A DNA stretch of 34,800 bases from Octopus sinensis (GCF_006345805.1 NW_021829943.1:1-34800), one strand, 5' to 3'; shown: positions 9,633 through 21,772, counted from the first letter of the stretch. Numbers and translations are program-made. Notes: generated by a model from the sequence alone, not told the origin.

Positions 9633-10944
9633 TATGTACATATGTATATATGTTTATGTATATTTGTATACCTGTGTATGTATCAATTTGCTTGTGTGTA
9701 TGGATGTATATATATGTATATGTGCGTGTATCTATGTGCACGTATGTATTAATGTACATATGTATTTAATGTAACGTATGTATCCTAGTGGTTCTCTCAG
9801 CATTTCGTTGATCGCAGATAACATGTTGGGCGATCATTCGGTACTAGTAACATAACTGTCACTTGGGTTTATTTACATTTCTGAAGAAAAAGGATACCCT
9901 TCCCCCACCCCTAACCCTAACCCCACATATATAAAAAAATAAAAATTTTACGGAATGTGACGGTCTTCTTCAAATGTAAACAATTACACGTGATATAAAT
10001 GGGACTCATATCGAAAGAATGCCACATGTTGTCAGTAGTCTTTTTCCTCAACCCTTGTTGGGTTTGTTCTTTCATGCAGTGCTTTACGTATGTAAAATGT
10101 GAAGTTCTGCTGAAACATCGATGCAAGCTGTGATTTTAGAATCTGAGTTTCCTCACATTTTTGTTTGTGAAATCATAAGTGGTTGCCACATGTCCATGTA
10201 ATGCTGGCAGTTTGTTACTGTTATTGTTGTGTTGTCTTGGTCTTCTTTCTTGCCTTTCACAGTTTCCTCGTGGAAAAAGCTTGCTGTGTTGTTAACCAAG
10301 TATTATCATTTGTGCATTTTGGCTGAGTGATTTTCTTTTCAAGGGTGAAACATTTCTTTTCAACAAACGTAACTTGCTGGCATGATTGTGTTTTTTCTGT
10401 CAAACTTGAGAATGTTAAGCATTTCTTATTCCAATATTTTAAATTAGTCTCTTTGTGTAACCTATCGAAAGATCTTCTCTGGCCTGTCTATAGAATTGGT
10501 GTAAGTCTTGGGTCAGGTCGAAAGTCCTCTCCTTTGCCTCCTCTCGTTGACTCAAATAAGCCCTGGAGATGTGGCTGTTATTTCTAGCAGGTTAAAATGT
10601 TTGGGAATGCTGTTGATGACACAACAATGAAAGTGTGTTAATGTGTTACTATTGCTTAATTCTGTTAGGAAGGGAGCAGGGGAAAACTGAAATTAAAAGA
10701 AAAATCAGAATCGTAATTTAATCTTGCTGCAGAAAATATAAGAATTTGAGAAAGAATTTCTTGGAAAATTACTTTGGATTTGAGGATGATATTGTCTCTA
10801 AAAATAAGGAATGGACACATTTGTTATCCTCAGTGGCAGAAGGGAAGATGAAAATAGTTAAATAAATAGATTACTTATTATTAGTATTGTAGTAATTATT
10901 AGTATTGTAGATTGCTTATTATTCGGATATTAGTATTGTAGTAT

Positions 10945-11310
10945 CTACGAGGTGGCGATCTGTCAGAAGGGTTAGAACGTCAGACTAAACGCTTAGCGGC
11001 ACTTTGTCCGTCTATACGTTCTGAGTTCAAATTCGCTGAGGGTCAATAAATTAAGTACCAGTTTGCACTGGTGTCGATGTAATCGACTTCATCCGTTTGT
11101 CTGTCCTTGTTTGTCCCCTCTGTGTATAGCCTCTTGTGGGTAGTAAAGAAATAGGTATTTCGTCTGCTGCTACTTTCTGAGTTTAAACTCCACCGAGGTC
11201 AACTTTGCCTTTCATCCTTCCGGGGTTGATAAATTAAGTACCTGTTGCGTACTGAAGTCGATCTAATCGATTGGCCCCACTCCCCCAAAATTTCGGGACT
11301 TGCACCTAGA
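10945..11310 (+). mobile_element. tRNA-SINE family B
   Basis: aggtggcgatctgtcagaa...gttctgagttcaaattc...aattaagtaccag...tttgtcccctctgtg. Confidence 0.8.
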
Positions 11311-11517
11311 CTAGAAAAGATTATCAGTAGTGTAGTGATTGAATTCAAATAATGCCGAAGTCAACTTAGTCTTTGATTCTTTCAGGGTCAATAAAGTAGG
11401 TACCAGTGTGTACTGGGGCGGAGGTAATCGTCTTACCCCCTCCCACGAACTTTCTGGCCCTGTGCAAAAGATTGAAAGCATTATAATGATAATTCTGTTA
11501 ATAATATTATCACTCAA

Positions 11518-11750
11518 GGGCGGCGAGCTGGCAGAATCGTTAGCACGCCAGGCCAAACACTTAGCGGTATGTCGTCTGACGTTACGTTCTGAGTTCAAAT
11601 ACCGCCGATGTCACCTTTGCCTTTCATCCTTTCGGGGTCGATAAATTAAGTACCAGTTACGCACTGGGGTCGATGTAATCGACTTAATACCTTGACCTGT
11701 CTTTGTTTGTCCCCTCTATGTTTAGCCCTTTGTAGGCAGTAAAGAAATAA
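11518..11750 (+). mobile_element. tRNA-SINE family B
   Basis: ggcggcgagctggcagaatcgttagc...gttctgagttcaaat...cctttcggggtcgataaattaagtaccag. Confidence 0.85.
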
Positions 11751-11829
11751 TTTCTTGAGGATTGAGTAGAAATAATGAAGATAGGAACTAATCTAAGACT
11801 TCTTGCAAAAGGTCATTCTGATGAAAAAG

Positions 11830-12520
11830 AGTTTGTTAATCACCATTTTGATGCAGGAAATGGTGATACTTCTGTCGAACAAAGTCTAGGTGCATCCAAA
11901 ATCAACCTGCTTTACAACTTTGGCCTGTGATGTTGTCTTGCAAATAATTTCACAGCCCCATGTGGCTTGCAAACAGACCCATTATTACTCCAACAAATGA
12001 AATATCACAGTTTGCAAATGAATTCATTATTGACCAGGATCCTTGGCGAAGTAAAGATATGCAGAAGCTCAGATACAGTTGATATTGAAGCTCTGTACCT
12101 AATCAAATTCATCAACAAACTCCTACCATCACGATTTCCATGGACATATTCTCACACAAAAGACAAGAGGCTGCATTAGGTTATTGAAGAATTTAGATGC
12201 TAAACAAGACCATTGCAATGACACAGGCTACGTTATCATCTGCTTCCAAGATCTTATTATTGCTGCTGGGTTGCTTGTGGTTCTTTTGCAGGATCAATCT
12301 CAGGGATTCCAAATGGGTCTCAAGGAATGAAGTTCCCATTCATAGTTACCATACAAACAATTTCCTGTGGAACCACTCTTTCCCTTGACATGCAACAAGG
12401 CACAGAGACAGGCATTTAAACAAATTGGAATATATCTTCCAACACAATTCTTCTCCCGTGGTCAGCTGTAAGTTTCACTTTCTAGAGTTTGGATGAAGCC
12501 TAATGTAAAACTATTGGCTG
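11830..12520 (+). mobile_element. Helitron-type PIF1-like helicase remnant (pseudogenised)
   Basis: Ordered motifs across frames: GEVKICRSSDTVD..ALYLIKFINKLLPS; CIRLLKNLDAKQDHCNDT; KQFP; FKQIGIYLPTQFFSRGQL*VSLSRV. These follow the Helitron helicase motifs LLRNLD...CNGT, QFP and GIYL...FSHGQLYVA.SRV. Confidence 0.8.
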
Positions 12521-12740
12521 AGAGAAATAGAAACTGTATATTTACTGACAATTCTGTCCACAAGGAGGTTCTACTTGAAAACAAAATATGCATTTTAAGT
12601 ATGTTTCACTAAATGGAATTACACTCTTCATTTTTGGGAACATCCCACAGGATATTTAAACTGTTTATATAACAATGGACGTATTTAGGGACATGCCGGG
12701 GCTTACAACAACAACGCCAACAACAAATGAAATTTCAATC

Positions 12741-12746
12741 TTTATT
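12741..12746 (-). other. Candidate polyadenylation signal of the death-domain gene
   Basis: AATAAA on the minus strand about 235 nt downstream of the TGA at 12980. Confidence 0.4.
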
Positions 12747-12979
12747 TCCAAAGTTAATCTCCAACAAAAGGGAGCTAAACAAATAAAGGGATCTCCATGT
12801 GGTAAATATATCTGCTAGAATTAGTAGCCGGATCCTACTCTATTCATCACTTATCATCTTAAAGAATGACACATTAGACAAGGAAAACATGATGGTCCTG
12901 GATGGAAGGCATTTAATCATAGGTATGTGTGTGGTGAAGGTAGACTTGGGGTTAAACAACAGCAATATTTACAAGAAAT

Positions 12980-13185
12980 TCAACTGAAGTCTGATAATAA
13001 ACATTCAAGCGCCGTGAAACATTCGGTTTCTAAAAGAGCTTCTTTTAATGTTTGAGGTGTACGTTTCGCTGGATCGCAACTTTGAAACCATTTGAGCAGC
13101 ATCTGAAAGCCTTGTTCCATAACGCTGAACGAATGGTCAATCTTGATGATTTCCAGGTCATCTTGTGTAATTTCTAATTCCCTTC
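12980..13185 (-). CDS. Terminal exon encoding a death domain (gene A)
   Basis: Long pyrimidine tract and ttttgcAG|GA acceptor (phase 1). GRELEITQDDLEIIKIDHSFSVMEQGFQMLLKWFQSCDPAKRTPQTLKEALLETECFTALECLLSDFS* fits the death-domain pattern R.L......I..I......EQ..QML..W......T...L..AL. Confidence 0.8.
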
Positions 13186-14344
13186 CTGCAAAAGATGCAA
13201 CAAGAAATAATTGAAAAAGCATTAACGATAATATAAAACCTGTGAACTGTAAATTATAGATTTGACAAAGAAATTACGTGAATAGACGAATAAGAAATAC
13301 TGAAGAAACACGGAAATTAGAAGACATTGTTATCTGTTTCTAAAGATTTTGAGAAAAATAACAAACAAGTTGAAATAAAAGCTGGAATTGGAGAAAACAT
13401 TTTAAAATCGAATAAAATTGAAAGTAACACATGAGAAATCTTCTGGTAAACAACTGGCAGGAGAAGTGTTTGTGTGGGCAGCAGTATACGAAAAGCTCAA
13501 GAATCAACAAAGACAACCAATAGTTACACCATTTCATCTATCCATTCAAATGCTTTGCCTTCTCTTCATAGGAAGGTTATAGGGGTAGAGTCCTCAGGCA
13601 CCTCCTTCATACGATCCTATCTAAAGTAACCTTGATTAGACATTCTGAGAGGATTTCCAAGCACAACCGATTGAAACATGGGTTTTATGCAAAACATTTT
13701 TCTTGGTTTAACCCTAGGTCTCTTGTCAGTTGTCTCAGCTCGATGAATCCCTCTTTTGATTCTTTTCTGGGACATTTTAATCACATGCCGGTAGTATTGA
13801 AGCAGCTGTGACCTCTCAATGCAGAGAAGCAGTCGTTTGGCCTGGAGACACACCCAAATTCCGAAGCTGGATGCGTTACTCCAGAGACTCTTCAGAGAAA
13901 CTCAATTTCAGTCGTTTTGATAACATCCCATATTCAAAGAGTGAAATAGTCATCTGTGATGTGGTCCCTCCTATCATTAGTAAATAATTAAAGATTATCA
14001 AAATTCAGAAATATCTCGAAAGTGGGGAATGACTTCAACGGCACAAAGTAAAAATATAACACTGTTAGGTACATATTACATATTATAGAAGATACCAGCT
14101 CAAAAGTTAGTTTTGGAATACTGATTCCTAAAAAGGAATTACTTCACTGGCTGAAGGCCACAATTTCAAAAGAATCTCCTACAGGAGAGGCCCAAGAGTA
14201 AACAAAGCAATGAGAAAAGTTTTAGTTTGTAAGCAATAACAGAACATCTACACCGTACACCTACAACACTTGGGTCCTGAAAGAATCCCTGCATCCTCAA
14301 ACATCTACATCATCTGGAAAGTTATCACAATTTATATGCAGGGG

Positions 14345-14900
14345 AGAGAAAAGGGGTTAATAGGAATTCTATATGGTTTATCTAAACAACACAATAGGTG
14401 CAGTGGTATCACAGGCAAGTTTACAGGGAGGACGGGTTAGGGTTGGGGAAGGACTTTTTAAGTAGCAGATACACGGGATTAGTTTGTAGTAAGAACAAGT
14501 ATGAAAGACCTATAGTTTCTCTAACCTAGGAGACATAATTAGAAGTGGGTGGGTGGAGGTCTATTCTCAAAGTGCAGTGCTTAGAGGAAAAATGAGATGG
14601 AAAATGTACAGGGAACTGTTATGTCTACTGACAACTAAGGGATTCTGTCTCCAAACGAAGGAGAGATTGCATGATGTGTATTTGTAAAGTGCAATGATGC
14701 ATTTAATGTAGAGGATGCATGAAAACTGGTAAGAAATGAGGTGAGCATATTTCACTAGAAATGTAATGTTAATGTGTTGAAAACCTGGGGTTAGGGAAAA
14801 CTGGGCCTCAGAAGAATCTGTGATAGTGCACAATATAGTATAGATTTAGAAGGGATATGGTAAAAGAAATTTGGATAAAGAAGTGCCTGGAATTCAAGTG
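14345..14900 (+). mobile_element. Old degenerate RTE LINE fragment
   Basis: KGVNRNSI...NRCSGITGKF...LGD...RELLCLLTTKGFCLQTKERLHDVYL*SAM parallels the 27480-27960 region of the younger RTE. Confidence 0.7.
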
Positions 14901-15690
14901 GAAGAAAACAAGCGATTAAACCTGACAAACAACCACAACGACTGTGGGAGAAGTCGTCTGACACATACAAACTTGGAGAAATGAACGTAATATGCTGATT
15001 ATATTGGACTGGTGTTAATGGATTGATTTTTACCCCAGTATTTGACTGGTACATTTTGTATGACTGCCAGAGAGATAACAAATTGGCAATGTCAAAGATG
15101 ATGTCCTCTCTTAATTTAGATAAATCGTTTCTATCAGCTGACTAAAGGGATTACGTTACGACCTCTTGAATCTGGGGACTAGATTTGAACCTTTCACCTC
15201 TGATTATATACACACACACATAACACACACACACATATACAACACACATATATAATTTTTGCCGCTTTTTATAGAGATAAAGAGGGTTTATAAGGCTTCA
15301 AAAAGGAAGTGCTCAAGTGTAATTGAGACAGAGAGAGATAAAGAAACATCGATCAGAGAAGAAACATGAAATTCGAGTCAACAACTTTATACATAACACC
15401 GTCTCTTATCAAACATTTGATCATATCTAAATACTACCCTGGCCTTTAAACATATAAAAAGAATACATATATATAAAAAAATACAGAAGGTAAAAAATAT
15501 ACATGCAAATAAAAATACAGATATATAGAATGGCTTGACAAGAAGGTTTATATAATTGACTAAGAATTCTAAAGTGTGTCGTGCGACTAAAAACCTAAAT
15601 AAAATATCAATTGACTAAAAAGATTTTTTTATTCCCCTCAAACACAAAAAAAAGAAGAAAGTCAAAATAGTTCATTTCATAAAAACCATG

Positions 15691-15895
15691 GGGTACTACT
15701 TGAGAACAGTGGTCCCGGTGCGCGCACTCGCATTAGCTAGTCATGACTAGTCGATCTTTTCTTTGTGTTTTTGAGTTTTATTTACTTTGCTTTAAAAAAT
15801 TATTTATTTTGTGTCCGTGCTAGCTAGTCGTGACTAGTCGATCCTACAACGGCTTCCTAGAAAAGTAAATAAAACACAAAATAAATAATTTTTTG
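15691..15895. mobile_element. Partial or rearranged copy of the hairpin MITE
   Basis: gggtactacttgagaacagtggtcccggtgcgcgcac...ctagctagtcgtgactagtcgatcctacaac. Confidence 0.75.
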
Positions 15896-15918
15896 GATCT
15901 TTTCGGTTTGAACGGCAG

Positions 15919-16408
15919 TTTTTTGTAGCAGTGTCATATGAAATTGTCACCCATAATTATGACCCTAGTATCAATCTGTTGCATTTCAATCTGTTTTAGG
16001 GTTAAGGGTGGGTGGAAGGATAACTTTTTTGTTCAGAAATGTAAATAAATAGGCGCAGGAGTGGCTGTGTGGTAAGTAGCTTGCTTACCAACCACATGGT
16101 TCCGGGTTCAGTCCCACTGCGTGGCACCTTGGGCAAGTGTCTTCTACTATTGAGAAAATTCTATATGTTGTAAGATATTTCGACTTCAATTTCAAGCATT
16201 TCAGCAATTTTAACATTCCGTGCTGTATGAATACGTCCCTCGTTTAAGAAACAGATTGGGTTTATTTACATTTGTGAAGAAAAAAAGATACCCTTCCCTA
16301 ACCCTAACCATAACTCTAAACCTAACCCTAAAATAGATTGAAATGCAATAGATCGATACTAGGGTCATAACCATGGGTGACAATTTCATTTGACACCGCT
16401 ACAAAAAA
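15919..16408. mobile_element. TIR element (MITE-like) with TTAGGG-like repeats in its arms
   Basis: 15919-16049 is inverted relative to 16261-16408 (tttttgtagc.gtgtca.atgaaattgtcaccca...atgaccctagtatc.atct.ttgcatttcaatct.ttttagggtt). A partial arm also lies at about 9865-9925. Confidence 0.8.
16051..16150 (+). mobile_element. tRNA-SINE family A head nested in the TIR element
   Basis: aggcgcaggagTGGCTGTGTGGtaag...ccgGGTTCAGTCCCactgcgtggcaccttgggcaagtgtcttctactat. Confidence 0.9.
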
Positions 16409-16424
16409 TCCCATTTTCCGTAGC

Positions 16425-16895
16425 GAGGGAGATAGATAGACAGAGAGGGAGATAGAAAGAGAGAGAGGGAGATAAATAGATAGAGAGAGAGAGATGGAGA
16501 TAGATAGCTAGAGAGAGAGAGAGGAGATAGATAGATGGAGAGAGAGGAGATAAATAGATAGAGAGAGAGGAGATAAATAGATAGAGAGAGAGAGAGGGAG
16601 ATAGATAGCTAGAGAGAGAGGAGATAGATAGATAGATAGAGAGAGAGAGGAGATAAATAGATAGAGAGAGATAGGGAGATAGATAGATAGAGAGGGAGAT
16701 AGATAGAGAAAGAGAAAGACAGATAGAAAGATAACGAGGTAGATAGAGAGAGAGAGAGAGAGAGAGAAAGATAGAGAGAACGATAGAGAGAGAAATAGTA
16801 TGTAAATAGAGAGAGAGAGAGAGACAGAGAGAGAGGCAGATATATGAATAGATAGAGACAGATATAGATAGGTAGGCAGAGAGGCAGGCAGAGAG
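16425..16895. repeat. (GA)n/(TAGA)n compound microsatellite
   Basis: Direct sequence. Confidence 0.95.
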
Positions 16896-17098
16896 ACATT
16901 TAAAAGCATGGATGTCAGTGTATATACAACTGAATCTATGTTCGTGATTTCATCAATTTGTCTGTTTATGTCTGGGTAACGAATCTCTATGTTGTATTGT
17001 AACATAACAATAATATATAAACATGCATCTATCCACCTATCCATACACAGATACGTAAACTCTATCTTATGACAATATAAGACAAGAAAAATCTGTAC

Positions 17099-17190
17099 CT
17101 TGCAGAAAGACAGAATATTTCCAGGTGTAGGACTCCCAAAAGCCATTTCATTCTGGCTCTGGGTCGCGCGGATGAATAAATTGTATTCAG
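17099..17190 (-). other. Putative 5' exon of gene A (paralog of 6797-7425)
   Basis: cagaATGaaATGgcttttgggagtcctacacctggaaatattctgtctttctgcaag|GTACAG. Possible frames are MKWLLGVLHLEIFCLSA and MAFGSPTPGNILSFCK; the exon may be non-coding. Confidence 0.45.
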
Positions 17191-17705
17191 TTCTTAAGAA
17201 TATATTTAATGTTAAGCAGGAGGTCATTCAGGGCAGCCAATAAAGCGACTCATTGTATTTTTTCTTTGTTGGTTGCCTTTCATTCTTATCTCTCAATATC
17301 CTGTCACTCCTTCACTCACAGGAATTTCTGAAATTACAGCTGTGACCTAGTTTTACCCTAATTGTCCAAAGAGCTATGTGTATATGTATGTGTGTGTAGA
17401 GAGACAGAGAGAGAGAGGGAGAGAGAGAGAGAGAGAGAGAGGAAGAGAGAACGGGTGGGCAACACCTACGTATGTTGATTGTATATTATTAACCCATTGA
17501 AATCGTTTTAGATTTCGTGAGCAATAAAAGCCGAACACATTTTGTTGTTAAAGGCGCGTTGCGGTTTTATTGGCCAACGTCTATGCATTGTAGTAACATG
17601 ATCATACACACACACAGACACACACAGACAACACAATTCACACACAGACATACTTATGTATTATGTATATATAGATACTTGTGTGTGTGTGTGTATTATA
17701 CATGC

Positions 17706-17888
17706 ATGGCAGAAACGTTAGCAGTCCGGGCGAAATGCGTAGCCGTATTTCGTCTGTCGTTACGTTGTGAGTTCAAATTCCGCCGAGGTCGACTTTGCCT
17801 TTCAGCCTTTTGGGGTCGGTAAATAAAGTACCAGTTACGCACTGGTGTCTGTCCCCTCTATGTTTGGCCCTTTGTGGGCAATAAAGTA
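17706..17888 (+). mobile_element. tRNA-SINE family B
   Basis: tggcagaaacgttagc...gttgtgagttcaaattccgccgaggtcgactttgcctt. Confidence 0.8.
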
Positions 17889-17934
17889 ATATATATGTAT
17901 ATGTATATACTCTCTTTCTCTTTTACTCTCTTTA

Positions 17935-18290
17935 CACCGCCTTTAGTCGAGCAAATCGACCCCGGGACTTATTCTTTGTAAGCCCAGTACTTATTCTATC
18001 GGTCCCTTTTGCCGAACCGCTAAGTGACGGGGACGTAAACACACCAGCAACGGTTGTCAAGCAATGCTAGGGGAACAAACACAGACACACAAACACACAC
18101 ACACACACATATATATATATGCATATATACGACAGGCTTCTTTCAGTTTCCGTCTACCAAATCCACTCACAAGGCATTGGTCGGCCCAGGGCTATAGCAG
18201 AAGACACTTGCCCAAGGTGCCACGCAGTGGGACTGAACCAGGAACCATGTGGTTGGTTAGCAAGCTACTTACCATACAGCCACTCCTGCG
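17935..18290 (-). mobile_element. tRNA-SINE family A, near full length
   Basis: Closely matches 8244-8643. Confidence 0.9.
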
Positions 18291-18292
18291 CT

Positions 18293-18333
<41 letters not shown>

Positions 18334-18365
18334 ATATATATATTATATATATATATATATATATA

Positions 18366-18421
<56 letters not shown>

Positions 18422-18463
18422 TATATAATATACGTCATATACTGCATAACGTCATATACTGCA

Positions 18464-18731
18464 AACGTCATATACTGCATAACCTGCCCCACATGCAAGG
18501 AGAATTACGTAGGAGAAACTGGTAATTCTTTGTGCCAGCGAGCCAGGATCCACCGACAACATATTCGGCAGGAAGAACTACGCAAAATACCACTAAGCAC
18601 ACACCTAGCTACATGTGGAGAAGAAAATTTAAGATATTTCCCTTCTACAAGTGTCCGAAGAATGACACCCCTTCAGGAGGAATATGGAAAAACATTTCAT
18701 AGCTAAGTTCTCCCCCAAATTAAATGGCTGA
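18464..18731 (+). mobile_element. Penelope-like GIY-YIG endonuclease remnant (second family)
   Basis: NVIYCITCPTCKENYVGETGNSLCQRARIHRQHIRQEELRKIPLSTHLATCG, then after frameshifts KIFPFYKC...KHFIAKFSPKLNG*. This shows the VIY...C..C...YVGET GIY-YIG signature. Confidence 0.85.
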
Positions 18732-19024
18732 AACTAACTCAACATACATTGAAGGAAAAATCTGTGTGTGTGTAGATGTGTGTATTGCCTGTTATATACA
18801 TCATATTATATTATTATCTTTATAATTCACTTCCATCTTTACCCTTTAATTGTCACTTTAGTTTTAACTTTCCTATGACATACAACTTTCAAGATGGTAT
18901 AATTTGGTTGTTCTTTTGAACCGATAAAAAGGTTTTTTCAAATATTTTATGTATAAGTCTGTGTGGTATAATATGTGTTGGTATATATCAACACACAAAA
19001 ATATTTTTTCTTCTCCACTTCCTC

Positions 19025-19200
19025 CCTTATTTTTATTTTTATTTTTATTTTTATTTTTTTTTTTTATTCTTCTATTTTTATTTATTCTTATATTTTTTAT
19101 TTTTATTTTTATTTTTTGTTTTATTTTATTTTATTTTATATTTTTTTAATTTTTTTAATTTTTTATTTTATTATTATTATTTTTATTTTCCCTTTTTCTT
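19025..19200. repeat. T-rich (ATTTTT)n-like low-complexity tract
   Basis: Direct sequence. Confidence 0.85.
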
Positions 19201-19240
19201 TTGTCTCTCTCCCCTTCTCCAAACACACACACACCACACC

Positions 19241-19279
<39 letters not shown>

Positions 19280-19708
19280 CACAACAGACACACACACACA
19301 CTCCACAGAATGATCATAGAAGTGTGACCCAATGACATTTGCCAGCCAACCTATGCACAACACACACTCAGTGACATTGAAATGGACAGCCAATTCTTAT
19401 AAAACCACAGGGGGTCCAGCAGACCAACGGAATAACACTCTTCACTCTCAGATATAATTGCGCACACACACACACACACACGCACACACCACACACACAC
19501 ACACACCACACAACACATATTTTCTCTCTGTCTCACTTCCTCTCACCCACTACTACGAACATAAAAAGGTTCAAACTACCCACAACTGATTTGATTTGAA
19601 AACCCACTAGAATGGGAGCAAGCGCTAATCCGAATGATATATATATGTAAAAAATGTAATATATAACAATATCTACAAATATGAACCATCTGATCTGATT
19701 ACCTCAAT

Positions 19709-19759
<51 letters not shown>

Positions 19760-19761
19760 GT

Positions 19762-19794
<33 letters not shown>

Positions 19795-19865
19795 TGTATG
19801 GTTAATGAAATATTTCAATGAGATACAATATACTGAATTTCAAATAAATGCTCTTGGTAAGGGAA

Positions 19866-19941
19866 ATGTCTAAAGCATTAAAGATATTTAGACATAATAT
19901 ATTTATATATATATGGATATATATATATATATATATATTAA

Positions 19942-19983
<42 letters not shown>

Positions 19984-20502
19984 CTGTGTGTGTTTGTGTG
20001 TGTGTGTGTGGTGTGTGTATGTTTGTGTGTGTGTGTATATATATATTTAATAATATAAGTGTAAATAATTGTTAATTTTAAAAACCAACATTTATTCCCG
20101 GGTAGATTCGGTATGTAAATATAACTATTATCGGTAGGACCTTTTTAAAAGATATATATATAAAAGAGCAAGCAACAGGTGCTTAGCCACATACCGAAAA
20201 AAATAGAAATAGCAGTCATAGACCGTATATTTCTATTTTATACAAATATAACTCCACATATAACTCCATATACATGTATGTGGAGTTATATTTGTATAAG
20301 ATAGAAATAAACGGTCTTTGACTGCTATTTCTATTTTTTTCGGTATGTGGCTAAGCAACCTGTTGCTTGCTCTTTTATATATATATATATAATTTTTTTA
20401 AAAAAGTTCCTACCGATAATAGTTATATTTACATACCGAAATCTACCCGGGAATAAATGTTGGTTTTTTAAAATTAATTAATATTTACCCTTATATTATT
20501 AA

Positions 20503-20533
<31 letters not shown>

Positions 20534-20602
20534 TACATACACACAAACACACACACACACACGCACACATACATACACACACACACATACACACACATAC
20601 AT

Positions 20603-20655
<53 letters not shown>

Positions 20656-20691
20656 TATATTATGTCTGAATATCTTTAATGCTTTAGACAT
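19866..20691. repeat. Long near-perfect palindrome (arms about 400 bp, 16-nt spacer)
   Basis: 19866-20260 is the reverse complement of 20277-20691, including the embedded microsatellites. Confidence 0.9.
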
Positions 20692-20709
20692 ATATGTGGA
20701 GTTATATTT

Positions 20710-20850
20710 GTATAACAAAAATAAAGTGGTTAGGGGATGTGCTCTGGCTTGGTGCAGGTGCTCTGGCTTCCGCACCTGGCGTTTCTGTTCCGCTGACTGA
20801 ATCCGTCTCTCCTCAGCTGTCTTGGCACCTGTGGTGGTTGCGCTGCGCCA
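20710..20850 (-). mobile_element. RTE (BovB-like) ORF C-terminal fragment
   Basis: SWRSATTTGAKTAEERRIQSAEQKRQVRK matches the RTE C-terminal pattern WR.....GA...E..R......KR..RK. Confidence 0.55.
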
Positions 20851-21568
20851 GGATATATATATATATAAAGGAGAGAGAGATAGAGATAGAGGAGAGCGAG
20901 CGAGAGAGAGAGAGAGAGAGAGAGAAGGTGACATAGAATTATACATATATTTATGTGGGAGATATATGTGTATGCGTGTGTGTATGTATGTATATGAGAG
21001 AATCCTTATAGAGTGTGAAGTCCTCAGAGAAAGAGGGAGAGAGAGGAAGAGAGAGAGAGGGGGGAGGAATTACATTGGGAAAGATGCTTTCTAAACAAAG
21101 AATGTAAATATTAGAAACTTTGAAATAAAAGAAAAGTATTTTAGATCAAAATAAAATTTGAGAGTTATCTCCACTTACTTGCCATCTCCTATCCGACCTT
21201 TAATCTACTTCCGGCAACAGAAAATTTGAAATTAATTGGGACCCCGGTACGTTGCTACCGTTCAAAACTAAACTGAGGTAGGCATTTTAATTTCATTTGG
21301 GGCCATTTAACGCTTCAATGAACATCCTTTCATCTTAAACTCTGTCTGTGTGTCTATAAATTAATGATACGATATTAATTATCGTAAATGTGCGTGATCC
21401 AATTAGGAAATTAATGATTTTGTTTTTCGTTACGAAACTTACAAGGGAACTTTCTGGCGGGAACAGAGATGGAGGTAACACAAAATAGGGTCTCTATTAA
21501 GTCAGCCTGAAATGGTAGGGTTTTGTGTATATGTTTTAACAAGGGTGGATTTCTGCGCTGTGGAAACT

Positions 21569-21772
21569 GGGTACCATTTAATTAAGAAGAGTGGTCCTGG
21601 TGCGCGCACTCGCGTACTCGCGCATCCGCGCTAGCTAGTCGTGACTAGTCGATCCTACGACTACCTAGCAAAGTAAATGAAACGCAAAACACAAAGTAAA
21701 GATCGACTAGCTAGCTCGGATGCGCTAGTACGCGATTGCGCGCACCGGGACCACTCTTCTTAGGTAGTACCC
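21569..21772. mobile_element. Hairpin MITE copy
   Basis: gggtac...aagaagagtggtcctggtgcgcgc...gcgcgcaccgggaccactcttcttaggtagtaccc. Confidence 0.85.

Noticed and set aside
10130-10620. Coding remnant on the minus strand
   Set aside because: Only vague LINE-linker-like similarity with no diagnostic motif.
13300-14330. Additional exons of the death-domain gene or an intact ORF
   Set aside because: Many stops in all frames and no good donors; at most a very decayed LINE-like remnant that I cannot assign.
15165-15180. 14-nt match (ttgaatctggggac) to the gene B exon
   Set aside because: Too short, opposite orientation and no flanking homology; probably chance.
16051-16130. tRNA gene
   Set aside because: A/B boxes are present but continue into the SINE body seen in other copies, so it is a SINE head.
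16508-17227. 239-aa minus-strand ORF
   Set aside because: Mostly (TC)n/(TCTA)n repeat; only a short part overlaps the putative 5' exon.
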